This document shows positions 1-12,352 of a stretch of 64,000 bases of DNA, in pieces. Positions within the stretch are counted from its first letter, which is position 1. Each line of letters starts with the position of its first letter. Origin of the DNA: Mobula hypostoma (lineage: Eukaryota); the NCBI RefSeq assembly GCF_963921235.1, contig NC_086108.1, positions 97,590,001 through 97,654,000 on the forward strand, read 5' to 3'. Under the pieces are notes generated by a model, which was given only the letters and a program-made list of their open reading frames with translations, was not told the DNA's origin and searched no databases. The position numbers and the translations under genes are program-made.

Positions 1-1745
1 ATGGAGTTGGGCAAAACACTGGTATGGTTGCAATGGGCCGAAGGGTCGGCTTTCTCCCTTGTACAAACCTACAACTCCATGATGTAAAAAGTTTTCAGTT
101 CCCTCAAATTCAAAGTAAACGTGTTATCAAGATATGTACACTAGATTCATTTTCTTGGAGGCACCCACAGGAAAATAGAGAAACACAATAAAATCCATGA
201 AAAAACACACATAACAAACCCCAACAACATCTAATGTGCAAACGAGGACAGATCATGCATACTGTTAAAAAAAATATACAAATAATACTGAGAACATGAG
301 CTGCAAAGTTTCCAAAAGTGTGTCCACAGGCTGGGGAGTCAGATTAGCAAGTGAAACAATCCAAGCCATTCCAGCAGCCCAATGCTGCAGGGCAACATCT
401 GTTCCCGAATCTGGTGGCATGGGACCCAAGGCACCTCCTGTTCAATGGCAGTACTGAGAGAAGAGGGAGACGAGTCAAACACAGGCAGGCCAGTAGCAAC
501 GACTGACTCTGCCTTTTATTCTTGTTAGCTAACAGACAGACCACGGCCTGCGATAAAGAACTGAACGTGCAAGTATCGTTCATGCAGCACTTTGATCAAT
601 TCTGGGTGATTTTTGCCAAGGTAGGTAGGAGGTGGACTTGGGGAGTTTGGGGTTGGTTGTGTAGGTCGATGGGAGAGGAGGGATTGGTGGTGGAGCATTG
701 GTGGAAAGTGAATAGAGTTGGTCCTTTTGTCAAGATAGAAAGACATAACGACTTGCACAGCCCACACTCCTTCCCAAGATTGACCTGTGGCGAATAAAGT
801 TCAGAGAATCTAGAGACTCCCCTGAGGGCAGGAGCAAGCCACAGGAATCCTGGAGAACACTGGATCCAGCCGGCACCTACCTCAGGGCCTGGGCTCAGAA
901 GAGAAATGCGAAGGCTTCAGGGAGAGCAAGCGAAACAAGAATAACCAACTGAAGACTAAAGAGAAAAGAAAATGCACAGGGTAATAAATGAAAAATAAGT
1001 GCTTTTACACAGCTATATTTAAAGGCAAGAAAGCCAGAGTTCTTGCCACTTGTGTATTGGTTCCGCTCACTGAGAGAAACCATTCACTCATTTGTTTAAT
1101 CCTCTCAGTGTCTCCAATTTTCCCATGAAAGTGCACAACTGGGTGGATGAGATCAAGAGTCATATCATTATCAGACAGGCCACAGATATCATTATGAAAT
1201 CTGTGGCAGATTTGTGAGTGGTATCTCCCATCTCTTTGGTATGATTTTTGTTATTCTTTCGGTCGGGCTCCAGCATCCCGGGCAGTGCATCCGTGGCCAC
1301 TCCACACCCCCGGCTATACCACCTCCTTCTCCGCCCTTTCATCATTGGGACAGTGGATTTACGCTTTTTTATTCAATGCAGCTTTTGGTCTGAGTTTCTT
1401 CTTATTCAGGCACTGCCGCGGGCACTTGCTTTGGAAGAATTCTAGTTGGCAGGCTGATTCTGAAGTAAGTTTCCAGCACTCTGAGATATAACACAACAAC
1501 ACACTGAGCACGTTGCTTCTGAAGACCTTTACTTGCCTTGGTGCCTGCTGGATTTGACTTAGAATGAAACAGTGAAGAGGAACGAAGAGAAATTCCTCTC
1601 AGCCCTGGTACAGAATAGGTGCTATCAGATTGACCATTGTCTATTCATCAAAACCATCCAATATCTACATCTGCTGACTGCAGAAGAAAGAAGGATTACA
1701 CGCTGTATTTAATAAATCAGAATCGGGTTTATTATCACTGATATG

Positions 1746-2283
1746 TACACTCAGTCACCACTTTATTGGGAACCTCCTGTACGTAATAGAGTGGCCACTG
1801 AGTTTATGTTCATGGTCTTCTGCTGCTGTAGTCCATCCACTGCAAGGTTTGATGTGTTGCTCTTCTGCACATCACTGCTGTGACGTGTGGTGACTTGAGT
1901 CACGGTTGTCTTCCTGTCAACATGAACCAGTCTGGCCATTCTCCTTAGACTTCTTTCATTAACAAGGCATTCTCGCCCACACTGGATGTTTCTTTGTTTT
2001 TCACTCAGCAAACTCTAGAGATTGTTTTGCGCGAAAGTTCCAGGAGGTCAGCAATTTCTGAGATACTCAAACCACCCCCTCTGGCACCAACAATCATTCC
2101 ACAGTCAAAATCATTTAGATCATATTCCTTCCCCATTCCAATGTTTGGTTTGAACAACAACTGAACCTCTTGACCATGTCTGCATCCTTTTTTGCATTGA
2201 GTTGCTGCCACATGATTGGCTGATTAGGTATTTGTGTTAGTGAGCATGTGTACAGGTGTACCTAATAAAGTTGCCACAGAACC
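1746..2283 (-). mobile_element. Non-autonomous Tc1-like DNA transposon (internally deleted), copy 1
   Basis: TIR-like ends TACACTCAGT..CACTTTATT and GGTGTACCTAATAAAGTTGCCAC. Minus strand encodes Tc1 transposase N-terminal remnants (MGKEYDLNDFDCGMIVGARGGGLSISEIADLL; CGRECLVNERSLRRMARLV). Five related copies elsewhere in the window. Confidence 0.85.
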
Positions 2284-3169
2284 TGTAGAGCCTAGAACAT
2301 CCAACATTACAGTACAGTATAGGCTCTTCAGCCCATGATGATGTGCTGACCTTTTATCCTACCCTAAGGTCAATCTAACCCTTCCCTCCTACATAGCCCT
2401 CCGTTTTTTACATCCCCTGTATGGCTATCTAAGAGTTTCTAATACCACTAATGTATCAGCTTTACCACTACCCCTGGCAGGGCATTCCACTCACGTATCA
2501 CTCCGTGAAAAACCCTCCTCTGACATCTCACACACTTTCCTCCAAACCCGTTAAAGTTCTGCCTCTTCATATTGGCCAGTTCCGCTGTGCAGTGTAACAA
2601 GGATTTGGTGATGCTGTTGATGGGAAGACCAATTCCAATAACAAAAGGCAAGAGGTAGCAAAATTGGGAGCTGTTACCTGACGGGGGGTTAGCAACCAAC
2701 AAGCATGAGATATACAAAAGAGGAAAGGGAATTAATAGACCATAGAACAGTACAGGTGCAGTCCATGCTAGCCTGGTCTTCCTCCTAATCCCATCTATCT
2801 ACACCCTGACCATAGCCCCCATATCTTCCTCATGAGAATGGAGGAGTAAAGATTATGTGCAGGCATGAGAGGGTTAGTTTAATTTGGCACACGCATTGTG
2901 GGCTGAAGGGCATGCTCTTGTGCTGTATTGTTCTATGTACTGTAATCCTGGTCAGCCTGACCCTACACAGACTTAGTCATACAAACCCCTGTCGCTCCTG
3001 TCCAAACTCACAGCAAATCCTTTTCACTCTCACCCCAGCTTGCTGCCTTACTCTGGCTTTCAGTTGAGCAAAGCCTTGATTTAAAACTCTCGTCCTTCCT
3101 TTCAAAACTGTCAATTGCTTTGTCCTTCTCTCATCTCTATAATCTCCAGCTCTGTAATCCTCCAAGGCT

Positions 3170-5250
3170 GTAGGGAAAATGTCCAAATCTATCATTAAGG
3201 AAGTGATAAAGAGGCATAAGGCACTTAGAAAATAATAATAGGACTAGGCAGAGTCAACATGTGTTTATGAAATGGGAATCATGTTTGACAAATCTGTAGA
3301 GTTTTTAGACTTTGTTACTAGCAGAACGGAGAAGAAAGAACCCGTTGATGTGGTGCTTTTGGGCTTTCAGAAGGTCTTCAATATGGTGGTGTACAGGATG
3401 TATCATTCACAATTAAAGCAATATCGGGGATACTCTACTGAGGGCGATTGAGACTGGTTAATGTACAGAAAACAGAGTGGGTTAAACAGGTCATTTTGGG
3501 TTAGCAAATTGAGGTTAGAGGTTTTTAAATTGTATCTATCTATCTACTCATTCATTTAGCCATTTATTTACTGTTTAGAGATGCAACATAGTAACAGGCC
3601 CTTCTGGTCCAGCAAAGCTCTACCACCCAATTACACTCCTGTGACCAATTAATCTCCTAACCGGAGTGTCTTTGGAATGTGGGAGGGAACTGGAGCACTC
3701 ACAGGAAACCCATGTGGTCATGAGGAGGACGTACAGACCCCTTCATTCAGCGGTGGAATTGAGCCTGGTACGGTAATAGTGCTACACTGATCACTATCCT
3801 ACCGTGCTGCCCCGACTGTCGCGTCAGGGATTGGTGTTGAGCAACTTACATGAGTGATGTGGATGGGAGAACCAAGTGTGCAAATGTAAGCCTTCTAGAT
3901 TGCAGTGTGGGCAATACGTCCAGACGGGGCTCCAGGGAGACAGAGACAGCTTCAGTGAACGGGCAGGGACAGAGCTGATGGAATATAATGCGGAAAAGCA
4001 TGAGGTAGTCTACCTTGGTAGAAAAATATAGGAGCCTCAGGACCAGTTCAGGTTCAGGAACAGCTACTACCTCTCAACCATCAGGCTCTTGTACCAGTGG
4101 GGATAACTTCACTTGACCATCACTGAACGGTCCCCACAACCAATAGATTCACTTCCAAAGACTTTGCATCTCATATTCTTGATACTTATTGCTTACGTAT
4201 TCATTTTGTTATTTTTTTTTCTCTTTTGTATTTGCTCAGTTTATTGTATTTTGCACACTGGTTGTCTGCCCTGTTGGGACCTCTCTTATTGATTCTGTTA
4301 TGGTTATTGGAGTTACTGAGCATGACCATAAGAAAACACATCTCAAGGTTGTATATGGCAACATACGAAAACATACTTAGATTATAAATTTACATTGCAT
4401 TTTGAATTTTGAAATATTAGATGAGCAGAGATTTTGAGTGTTTGAGAAACAGTATATTGATCTTCAGAGAGACAAAGATGTCATACATTCAGCACAGAAT
4501 CAGGCCATTCAGCCCAACCAGCCCATGCTGATTAAGACTCCCACCTGAGCTCATCCCATTGTTAATTAATTACTGATCATTAAAGTACAGTTACAGCAAT
4601 ATCAGCAGAGCAAATGTTTTATCATTCAGCATTTCTCAGCAACATGGCAGAAGACTGTTGTAACCAATTGAACTTATGCCAGCTGTGGCACACATTGCCA
4701 GGAATTTGAGTACAAGAGTGGAGACGTCTTACACAAATTATGTAGGGTCTTGCATCTGGAATATTGTGAACCATACTGTGCCTACTGACCCAAGATAAGG
4801 TATGCTTGTGACTGTGAGACCGTAGTGAAGATTCACTTGTTTGATTCCTGGTGAGGGAGTCGTGGTGGTTCTCCTTTGAGGCCAGTCAAAGCCGACTGGG
4901 TCAATTTCCACCTTAGCTCAGAAGAATGAGAAGTGGTCACATTGAAACGTCTTCACAAATTTGTCAGTGTGGATGCTTCCTCTCAAGGGGGAGTCTACAC
5001 CCATGAGCCACAGGTTCAGTGCAAGAGGTCAGCCATTCACAAAGAAGATGGGGAGGAAATTCTCTGCTGAAGAGGGCTGAGAAGGATAATGTGTAATCAC
5101 AAAAGACATGGAGACATTTTTTAATTCCTTGGGGAATCAAGGGACATACAGATCATGGAGAAAAGTAGCACTAATGTCAACTGTGATTTTATTGATGGCA
5201 TTTAAGGCACATGGGACCACATGACCTCCTCCTGTTTATGTTTTTTATGC
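3170..5250 (+). mobile_element. Old degenerate CR1 ORF2 (RT to 3' end), interrupted by SINE and other insertions
   Basis: Decayed RT motifs colinear with the younger CR1 copies (AGTCAACATG..AATCATGTTTGACAAATCT; GATGTGGTG..TTTCAGAAGG; TGATGGAATATAATGCGGAAAA). Boundaries approximate. Confidence 0.7.
3575..3812 (-). mobile_element. V-SINE (HE1-like, tRNA-derived)
   Basis: Reverse complement of the V-domain motif (TTTGGAATGTGGGAGGGAACTGGAGCAC) with a tRNA-like head at the right end. Confidence 0.7.
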
Positions 5251-5850
5251 CCTCATCTTAGAGTCATACAACACTACAGCACATAAACAGGCCCTTCAGC
5301 CCATCTAGTCCATGGCAGACTGGTCCACACTCACAACACCCTCTGAGTGAAGAAGTTTCTCTCTCAGATTTCCCTTAAATATTCCACCTTTCATTGTAAA
5401 CCTATGACCTCCTAAGCTGTCTGAGCTTTGGTGATTCTGTTTTTTTGCTCACTCTTGACTGTAACCAGTCCATCCTAGGCAGACACAAGAGACTTCAGAT
5501 ATCGGAATCTGAAGCAAAAGTCTATGGGAGGAACTCAGCAGTCAGGCAGTGTCTATGGAGGGAGAAGGATGGTTGACAGTTTGGTTTGTTCCAGCTGCTG
5601 GGTCTTGACCCAAATTGCTGACCAGGCTTTTCCTCCACAGATGCTGATTGTCACGCTGAGTTGCACAAGCAAGTTTGTCTTTTGCATCATTGGCAATGTT
5701 CCTTCCGTTACTCAACCCTTGAGCTCTGGAATTCTCTCCTTAAAGTTCCTTCCTTCTCATTCATTCTTTAATCTAACTACCTCTTTGACCTGCTGGCTGA
5801 CATTGAGCTGTTTTTATGATCTGTCCATTTGTTACCTGGTATTTTTTCTC

Positions 5851-6078
5851 AGGTTGGCCAGCAGTGTAGTGGCATCAGCAGTGGACTTCAAAGCGCATGG
5901 TCCTGAATTGAAATCCAGGTTCGAGTCCCAACCTGGGCAGCAGCAGTATCCGTGCAGAAAAAAGGCCTGGCAATCTACTTCCGCATCTTGCCATGAGAAG
6001 CCTATGGACAACGACACGATCCACGGGGTCGCCATGAGTCGATGACGACTTGACAGCGCTCAACAACAACAGCAACAT
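5851..6078 (+). mobile_element. tRNA-derived SINE with RTE/BovB-like 3' tail
   Basis: B-box GGTTCGAGTCC at 5918-5928; 3' end CCACGGGGTCGCCATGAGTCGATGACGACTTGAC followed by a (CAA)n tail. Confidence 0.7.
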
Positions 6079-8280
6079 GTTATTTCCAGGGCAGCTGGGA
6101 ATCTTTTTTTTTGTTTAATAGCACTTCACTGAAGTGCTTTTAGATGTTGTTGCTACAGTATGTTAAAGCTACCTTATACGCAATGTTTTTGTCTTTATTC
6201 CCATTATGAGAAAGATTTGGGTACTGCCTAGTCCAAAGTTCTTATTTATAGGGAGCCGCTCCTCAATTTTGAACCCAATATACAGTACTGTGAAAAGTCT
6301 TATATAATCAGGGTGCCTAAGACTGTAGCACAGCACTGTTTTTGTCAACGGACAGCAAGTTTGCAAACCTGGCGAGTGCAAACGATGTTGGGAATGGTGA
6401 GGAGAGTGTGAGACAGGTGGCAGAGAAGGATTGCCAGTAGAGGGGCTGGCCCAGGGGCAGGCACACCCAGTTCCGAGACACCAGGCAGAGTCATTTGATT
6501 CCAAACAACTGTCTTATTGATCATTACAGAACGTCTCACTGGCTCTACCTGCTCCCTCCCCTCTCCCTTCCTCTTGTCCCAATCACGTTTCCCCTCTCCC
6601 TGCCCCCTTCCCACTCTCAGTCCACAACAGAGACCCGTATCAGAATCAGGTTTATCATCACTCACATATGTCATGAAATGCCTTTTTTTTGTGGCAGCAA
6701 GTCAGTGCAATACATAAAATTACTACAGTGCAAATTACGACAGTGCTGTTGAAAAGTGTAAAGCTCCCTCGCTATATGTGTGTGCCTAAGACTTTTGCAC
6801 AACACTGTATAATTTTCTTCAAATTTCTCACATCCCTTTCCGGTAGCCTGTGAAGATATGACATCCAATTAATCACTCAAGGAAGAATGGTGGACTGAGC
6901 AACTCAAAAACTCCTTAAGCTTTTAGTCTGCCTCAAGCTGTCCAAAATCCTCCTGGGAATGGAATTAGTCAGGAGGTTAACTTTTCTTCTCCATCGTGAT
7001 GGAGCGTCATTCCCTCAACAATGTACTCGGTAGCACCAGGCTAGTTTACTTACTCAGTCACGAAACAAGGCTTCAAAGTACATTTATTATCAAAGTACGT
7101 ACACTTTATGCAACCTTGAGATACATCTCCTTGCAGGCAGTCACAAAACAACAAAACTCAAAAGAACCCATTAAAACAAAAGAAGAGCATCAAACACCCA
7201 ATATGCAGAGAAAAAAAATAATTGCGCAAACAATAAAAGTAAGCAAGTAGCATTCAGAACTGAAGTTCACGAAAGCGACTCACAGACATGAAGCCAGTCA
7301 GCACCGCAGCAGATTCAGGCGCCTGTTAATTGCAGGACACAGCCTCACTTCAGCACAGAGATGAGTAAACCTTGCGTGAACCGAACCGAGCCATCCTTGT
7401 CCCCAAAACCTTCACGGGCCTGCATGATCATCCGGAGGTGTGGGTTCAAATTTCACCGCAAGCACCAAGATAGTTAAATTAATTGAATTGATTAACTTAG
7501 CTAAAATGAAACAAGGTAACTGGAGTGTCATCAAAACAAACAAGTTGTTCATGTATCCTCGGCAATGTACTCAATAGCAACAGCCTGGTTGATTTACTCA
7601 GTGGCGAAGCAGGCTTAAACTCAATCATTTAATATTTTTGCTTTATTTTTGGAACAAAAGTTATCTAGGAAGTTAAGAGTTTCTCTTCAATTCACACTGC
7701 TAACAATGAACAAACATTACGGAAATAGTTTAGCGACTCTTTGCAGATATGCAGACTAATGCATGAAGTAATATTTTAGTTAATCAGGCAAATGAAGATC
7801 CCGTGACGTGGCTATTAGCGGGATAATTAAGCATTAGTGAAAGAGATACTTGAGGTTATCATACATTTAGCACAATAGGATTTGTTTTGGCATGAAGGCA
7901 AGTAGAGTGCTGAAACTAATCTTAAAGTGTTAATATACATGAGCATATCTTGAAGTTAATTATTGCCAAAAGAATTCACCTACCTCTGTGAATTCACTAA
8001 TGGATATTTGAAAAGAGATTATGCTTGGTGGTTGTCCATACAAATTAGTTTGATGAGGCTTGCTTGACTAATACAATAGAGTCCATAACATGAGAATAGA
8101 GTGCAGAACCTGGTGTACTGGTGCTTGGAGTATGATGGGCAAGAGAGAGATACATTTTCAGTCATTTTTATGAAATAGTTATATAAGGAAACATTCACCA
8201 GAAAGTTGAAGGCAATAACGGCATATTATTGAACAATTATTTAATGACACTCAAAATACTAGAGCAGCTGAGAAATTATT

Positions 8281-9847
8281 TATGCTCAGATGCCACTTTA
8301 TTATCCTGTACCTAATAAAGTGGCCACTGACTGTATGTCTGTGGTCTTCTGCTGTTGTAGCCCATCCATTTCAAGGTTTGTCGTGTTGTGCATTCAGAGG
8401 TGCTCGTCTGCACACCACTGTTGTAACGTGGTTGTTTGAGTTACTGTCACCTTCCTGTCAGCTTGAACCAGTCTGGCCATTCTCCTCTGACCCCTCTCAT
8501 TAGCAAGGCATTTCTGCCCCAAGACTCCTACCATTAACCAAGGGATCCGTGCACCCAGGTTGGGAAACTCCTGTTCTACAGACAGTTGTGCATGAAAATC
8601 CTAGGAGGTCAGCAGTTTCGGAGATACTCAAATCACCCTGTCTGACACTTTGTCCCTCCATGGTCAAAATCATTTGGATCACATTTCTTACTCATTCCGA
8701 ATTTTGGTCTGAAGAACTATAAGACCATAAGATATAGGAGTAGTTTAGGCCATTTGGCCCATCGAATCTGCTCTGCCATTTCATCATGGCTGATCCATTT
8801 CTCTCTCAGCCTCAGTTTCCCACCTACTCCCCATATCCCTTCACACCCTGACCATTCAAGAATCTACCAACCTCTGCCTTAAATATACATAAAGATTTGG
8901 CCTCCACAGCTGCCTGTGGCAAAGAATTCCACAGATTCACCACTCTCTAGCTAAAGAAATTCCTCCTCACCTCCATCCTAAAAGGAAAAACTTTTTCACC
9001 CAGAGAGTTGTGGATCTGTGGAATGCTCTGCCTCAGAAGGCAGTGGAGGCCAATTCTCTGGAGGCTTTCAAGAAAGAGTTAGATAGAGCTCTTAATGATA
9101 GCGGTGTCAAGGGATATGGGGAGAAGGCAGGAACGGGGTACTGATTGTGGATGAGCAGCCATGATCACAGTGAATGGCAATGCTGGCTCGAAGGGCTGAA
9201 TGGCCTACTCCTGCACCTATTGTCTATTGTCACCCCTCTATCTGAGGTTGTATACCTCTATCCATTCTCCCCTCAATCGTTTTATGTCCATAAAGCATCT
9301 GTACAGTTACATGTCACTGTGCCCCAGTACTGGAGGTCAGACATCGCCTAATGAGGCCACCATGGGACCTGTGTGCTGTGATGAGAATCTTGGTGAGTGG
9401 TGTGCTTCACAAAGCAGATATGGAGGAGATTCTTCAACCCCATGACTCAAAAACACTTGAGTTGAAGTTTCAAGTGTTTAAATGACACTCAGAGCAACAC
9501 ATGACAACTGTTAATTCAAGTATTGCAAGGTAGGTACTTCCTATTGTCAATAAGTCTCATCTGTCTTACCAACACACATCCTCTCCACATTTATTCTGTC
9601 AAGGCCTTTCACCATTCAATAGGTTTCAATGAGGCCACCCCTCATTCTCCTGAGTTCCAGTGAGTACAGGCCCAGAGCCATCAAAAGATTCTCATATAAC
9701 AAGCCATTCAATCCTGGAAACAACTGAACTCTTGTCCATGTCTGCATGCTTTTATGCACTGAGTTGCTGCCACATGTTTGGCTGAGTAGATATTAGTATT
9801 AATAAGCAGGTGTACAGGCGTACCTAATAAAGTGGCCACTGAGTGAA
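8281..9847 (-). mobile_element. Non-autonomous Tc1-like element, copy 2, split by a CR1 nest (8718-9720) and a hAT MITE remnant (8523-8573)
   Basis: Tc1 sequence stops at TTTGGTCTGAAGAAC (~8717), resumes at CAACTGAACTCTTG (9721) and ends in the TIR CCTAATAAAGTGGCCACTGAGTG. Confidence 0.8.
8718..9720. mobile_element. Nested CR1 3' fragments: a minus-strand copy interrupted by a plus-strand copy (~8986-9229) and an unclassified insert
   Basis: Minus-strand tail ATAAGACCATAAGA at ~8719; plus-strand 3' end ending CCTATTGTCTATTGT; the minus copy resumes at ~9230 and ~9575. Confidence 0.7.
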
Positions 9848-10032
9848 ATATTCAATTAAAATTGTGAATATTTTGATATGTGTGTGTGATACCATCAGAG
9901 AAGGAGGTTTTAAAGAGAAAATATTCCGAATGGTCATGATGAATGATTTTGAATGGATGTCAAACAATAAGTTTTTGAGGATTTATTTAGGAAATTGAAA
10001 TGCCATAATACTAGGGCAGCTGAAAGATTATT

Positions 10033-10261
10033 TACACTCAGATGCGACTTTATTAGGTGCCTCCTTTACCTAATAAAGTGGCCACTGAGTGTATGTTTGT
10101 GGTGTTCTGCTGCCGTCACCTATCCACTTCAAGGTTTGATATTTTGTGCATTCAGAGATACCTTCTGCACAGCACTGCTATAAAGCGTGGTTATTTGAGT
10201 TACTGTCACCTTCCTGTCAGCTTAAACCAGTCCGGCCATTCTCCTCTGACCTCTCTCATTA
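10033..10261 (-). mobile_element. Non-autonomous Tc1-like element, copy 3 (truncated)
   Basis: Left palindromic TIR pair plus the start of the shared internal sequence. Confidence 0.8.
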
Positions 10262-11351
10262 AAATTAAGTTATAAGGCTGTGATATAGGCCAAGCAACAT
10301 GGCAGAACTTGGTACAATCACTTTATTCAAAAGACTTTTACAAACTAGTAACAATGAACATTGAAAAAGTGTGTACAAAAAAAAACCCAACAGAAATTGA
10401 GGTAATCAGGTTGGTCAGAAAGGGTTCTTGAACTTTTACCAGCTTGCTATATTCAGATTGAAGATAGGTACGCTGGAAGCCTGAAGGCCAGTGGTTGCAC
10501 TGTAGTTGAATATCTTCAAAACAAGGATCAAAGACCTTTGGAAATCAAGGGAATCAAGGTATAAGGGAAGAGATTGGAGATTAAAGGGGTCTCCTTTAAA
10601 CTTTCCTCTGTCGCCCTTAAGATATGCTCTTGATTTTCCACATTTACTTTCTGGGTATTGGTTTCTGGGTATCCAATCGCAGTGAAGCAAATATTATTGG
10701 TCAGCATTGTGAGAATAGATTGACTGGTCCATTTGTAGAAAGTAACTCCGAACAAATTGACTACTGATTTTCCCACAAATACAACGTGACTTGATTACAA
10801 AGCAAAGTCTTAATTTGCTGCAAAGTATTTTTGGAATTCCTGAGATTAAGGAAGGCTCAAGATAAATCCATGTTTTTCTTTATTACATTGTCCAATCAAA
10901 AAAAAGTACCAGAAGACACGATAGACTGCAAATAAGTGAATTTGATGCATAACCCAGTCTACTGGAGGAACTCAGAGAGTCGAGCAGCATCTGTGGGGAA
11001 AGGGAATCGTCAACTCAGTACGTTTTGCCTATGACCCTGGCTGTCTATGACATCATTGTAAGGTACGTTAAAATATTTGAGATAAAAAGTGAATCGACAG
11101 ATATAATATTTATGATTAGTGTCAAATTCAATCTACAGCAAAGAAGGCCCATAGTACAATTTCACTTAGTAACTCACAGTGGTACTTATAGGATAGTCAC
11201 TTCTTACACAGTCTATGAACTCTAATTCTAAAGCAGCACTCCCACCAAGTCACAACAAGCAATGCCAGAGGAGGTTTGCTGGTGTCTCTTAAAGTTTCCA
11301 GTTGCATCTGCCGCATTTCCTATTTTCATGCAACTTGGCACAGTGTTTTGT

Positions 11352-11603
11352 GCGGCACAGTGGTGTTGCTGTTAGCGTAATGCCAATGCAGTGCCAGCAA
11401 TTTGGGTTCAATTCCTGCTGCTGCCTATAAGGGGTTTGTACTTTCTCCCTGTGACTGCGTGGGGCCCGGGCGTGCTGGTTTCCTCCCACTTTCCAAAAAC
11501 GTACGGGTTAGTAGTTTAATTGGTCATGTGGGTTAGACTGGGCAGCGCGGGCTCGTTGGGCTGGAAGAGTTTGCTAATATGCTGTACCTTTGAATAAATA
11601 ATA
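11352..11603 (+). mobile_element. V-SINE (HE1-like)
   Basis: tRNA-like head with B-box GGTTCAATTCC, V-domain GGTTTCCTCCCACTTTCCAAAAAC, and an AATAAATA tail. Confidence 0.75.
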
Positions 11604-11769
11604 GTTTCTGTGCAATATTTAAGTGGAGAAACACCTAGCAATTTATACCTCGCTGCAGTCACAATTTCTTAATTTACTAGTTATTTATTTGTTCTGGAAT
11701 GTTACTTCAATTCCTGCTACCGGCCTGAACTGTGGTTTAAGCTCAATCTGTCTTGTGAGCAGTACAACT

Positions 11770-12352
11770 GAGACCCTCTGCTGGTCAAGGTTGACCATGG
11801 ATGATGTGTGCCACCTGTCTACTTGATACTCAGCCAGTAAGCAAGCCAGGGTAGTCCGATAAGGAGAGCCATGCAGCAGCCTCCTCCAATCCACACAGCT
11901 GATGGACCCAAAGGAATGGCAGAGACCAATACAGTTTGGCACCAGCGGGGACGCAGCAGTTGCCAGTCATCGTTGAGCTCAATGTAGGACTGCCTTGGGG
12001 GACTCCAGCTCTGGATTTTTCCTTGGGGCTTACTCCCAAAACCTTCCCCATGAACGGGTACAGCCACAAGATTTGAGATCAGAGTTTTCCTTCTCCCAAT
12101 GAGTTGCCAACTACAGCTGACGAGCCTCATCTGCCTGAAGCGACTGGTTTTAAGGTGCCGAAAACCCGACCTTGCCCCTTCTCCTGAGAGTAGCGATGGT
12201 TCCGCTGGGCTTAGTGGCTAAGCCACTTGTGAGGGCCAAGAGCTGGACTTGGTTGTCAGAGGCTATTTGAGTCGCACACCATTGGGAGCATTTAATAGGT
12301 AGTGGGAGCTTGTCCCCATTACCATCCCCGGCTATAACAACTTTAAGGAACC
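11770..12352 (-). mobile_element. RTE-derived non-autonomous retroelement
   Basis: Minus strand carries the RTE 5'UTR-type motif GGCTCGTCAGC..TTGGCAAC..GGAGAAGGAAAACTCTGA; related partial copy at 25381-25745. Confidence 0.65.
12181..12352 (-). ncRNA. Degenerate HDV-like ribozyme candidate at the element 5' end
   Basis: P1 GGTTCC/GGAACC, P2 CTCTTG/CAGGAG, P3 GCC/AGC, L3 hairpin GGCTTAG/CTAAGCC; J4/2 degenerate. Confidence 0.4.

Noticed and set aside
1240..1470. GC-rich unique stretch ending near a donor-like AAGTAAGT
   Set aside because: No frame gives a recognisable protein and the acceptor is unclear; needs RNA-seq.
2005..2211. Functional Tc1 transposase
   Set aside because: Only N-terminal DNA-binding remnants with stops; no DDE domain in any copy.
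5851..5935. Functional tRNA gene
   Set aside because: No complete cloverleaf; it continues into a SINE body and tail.
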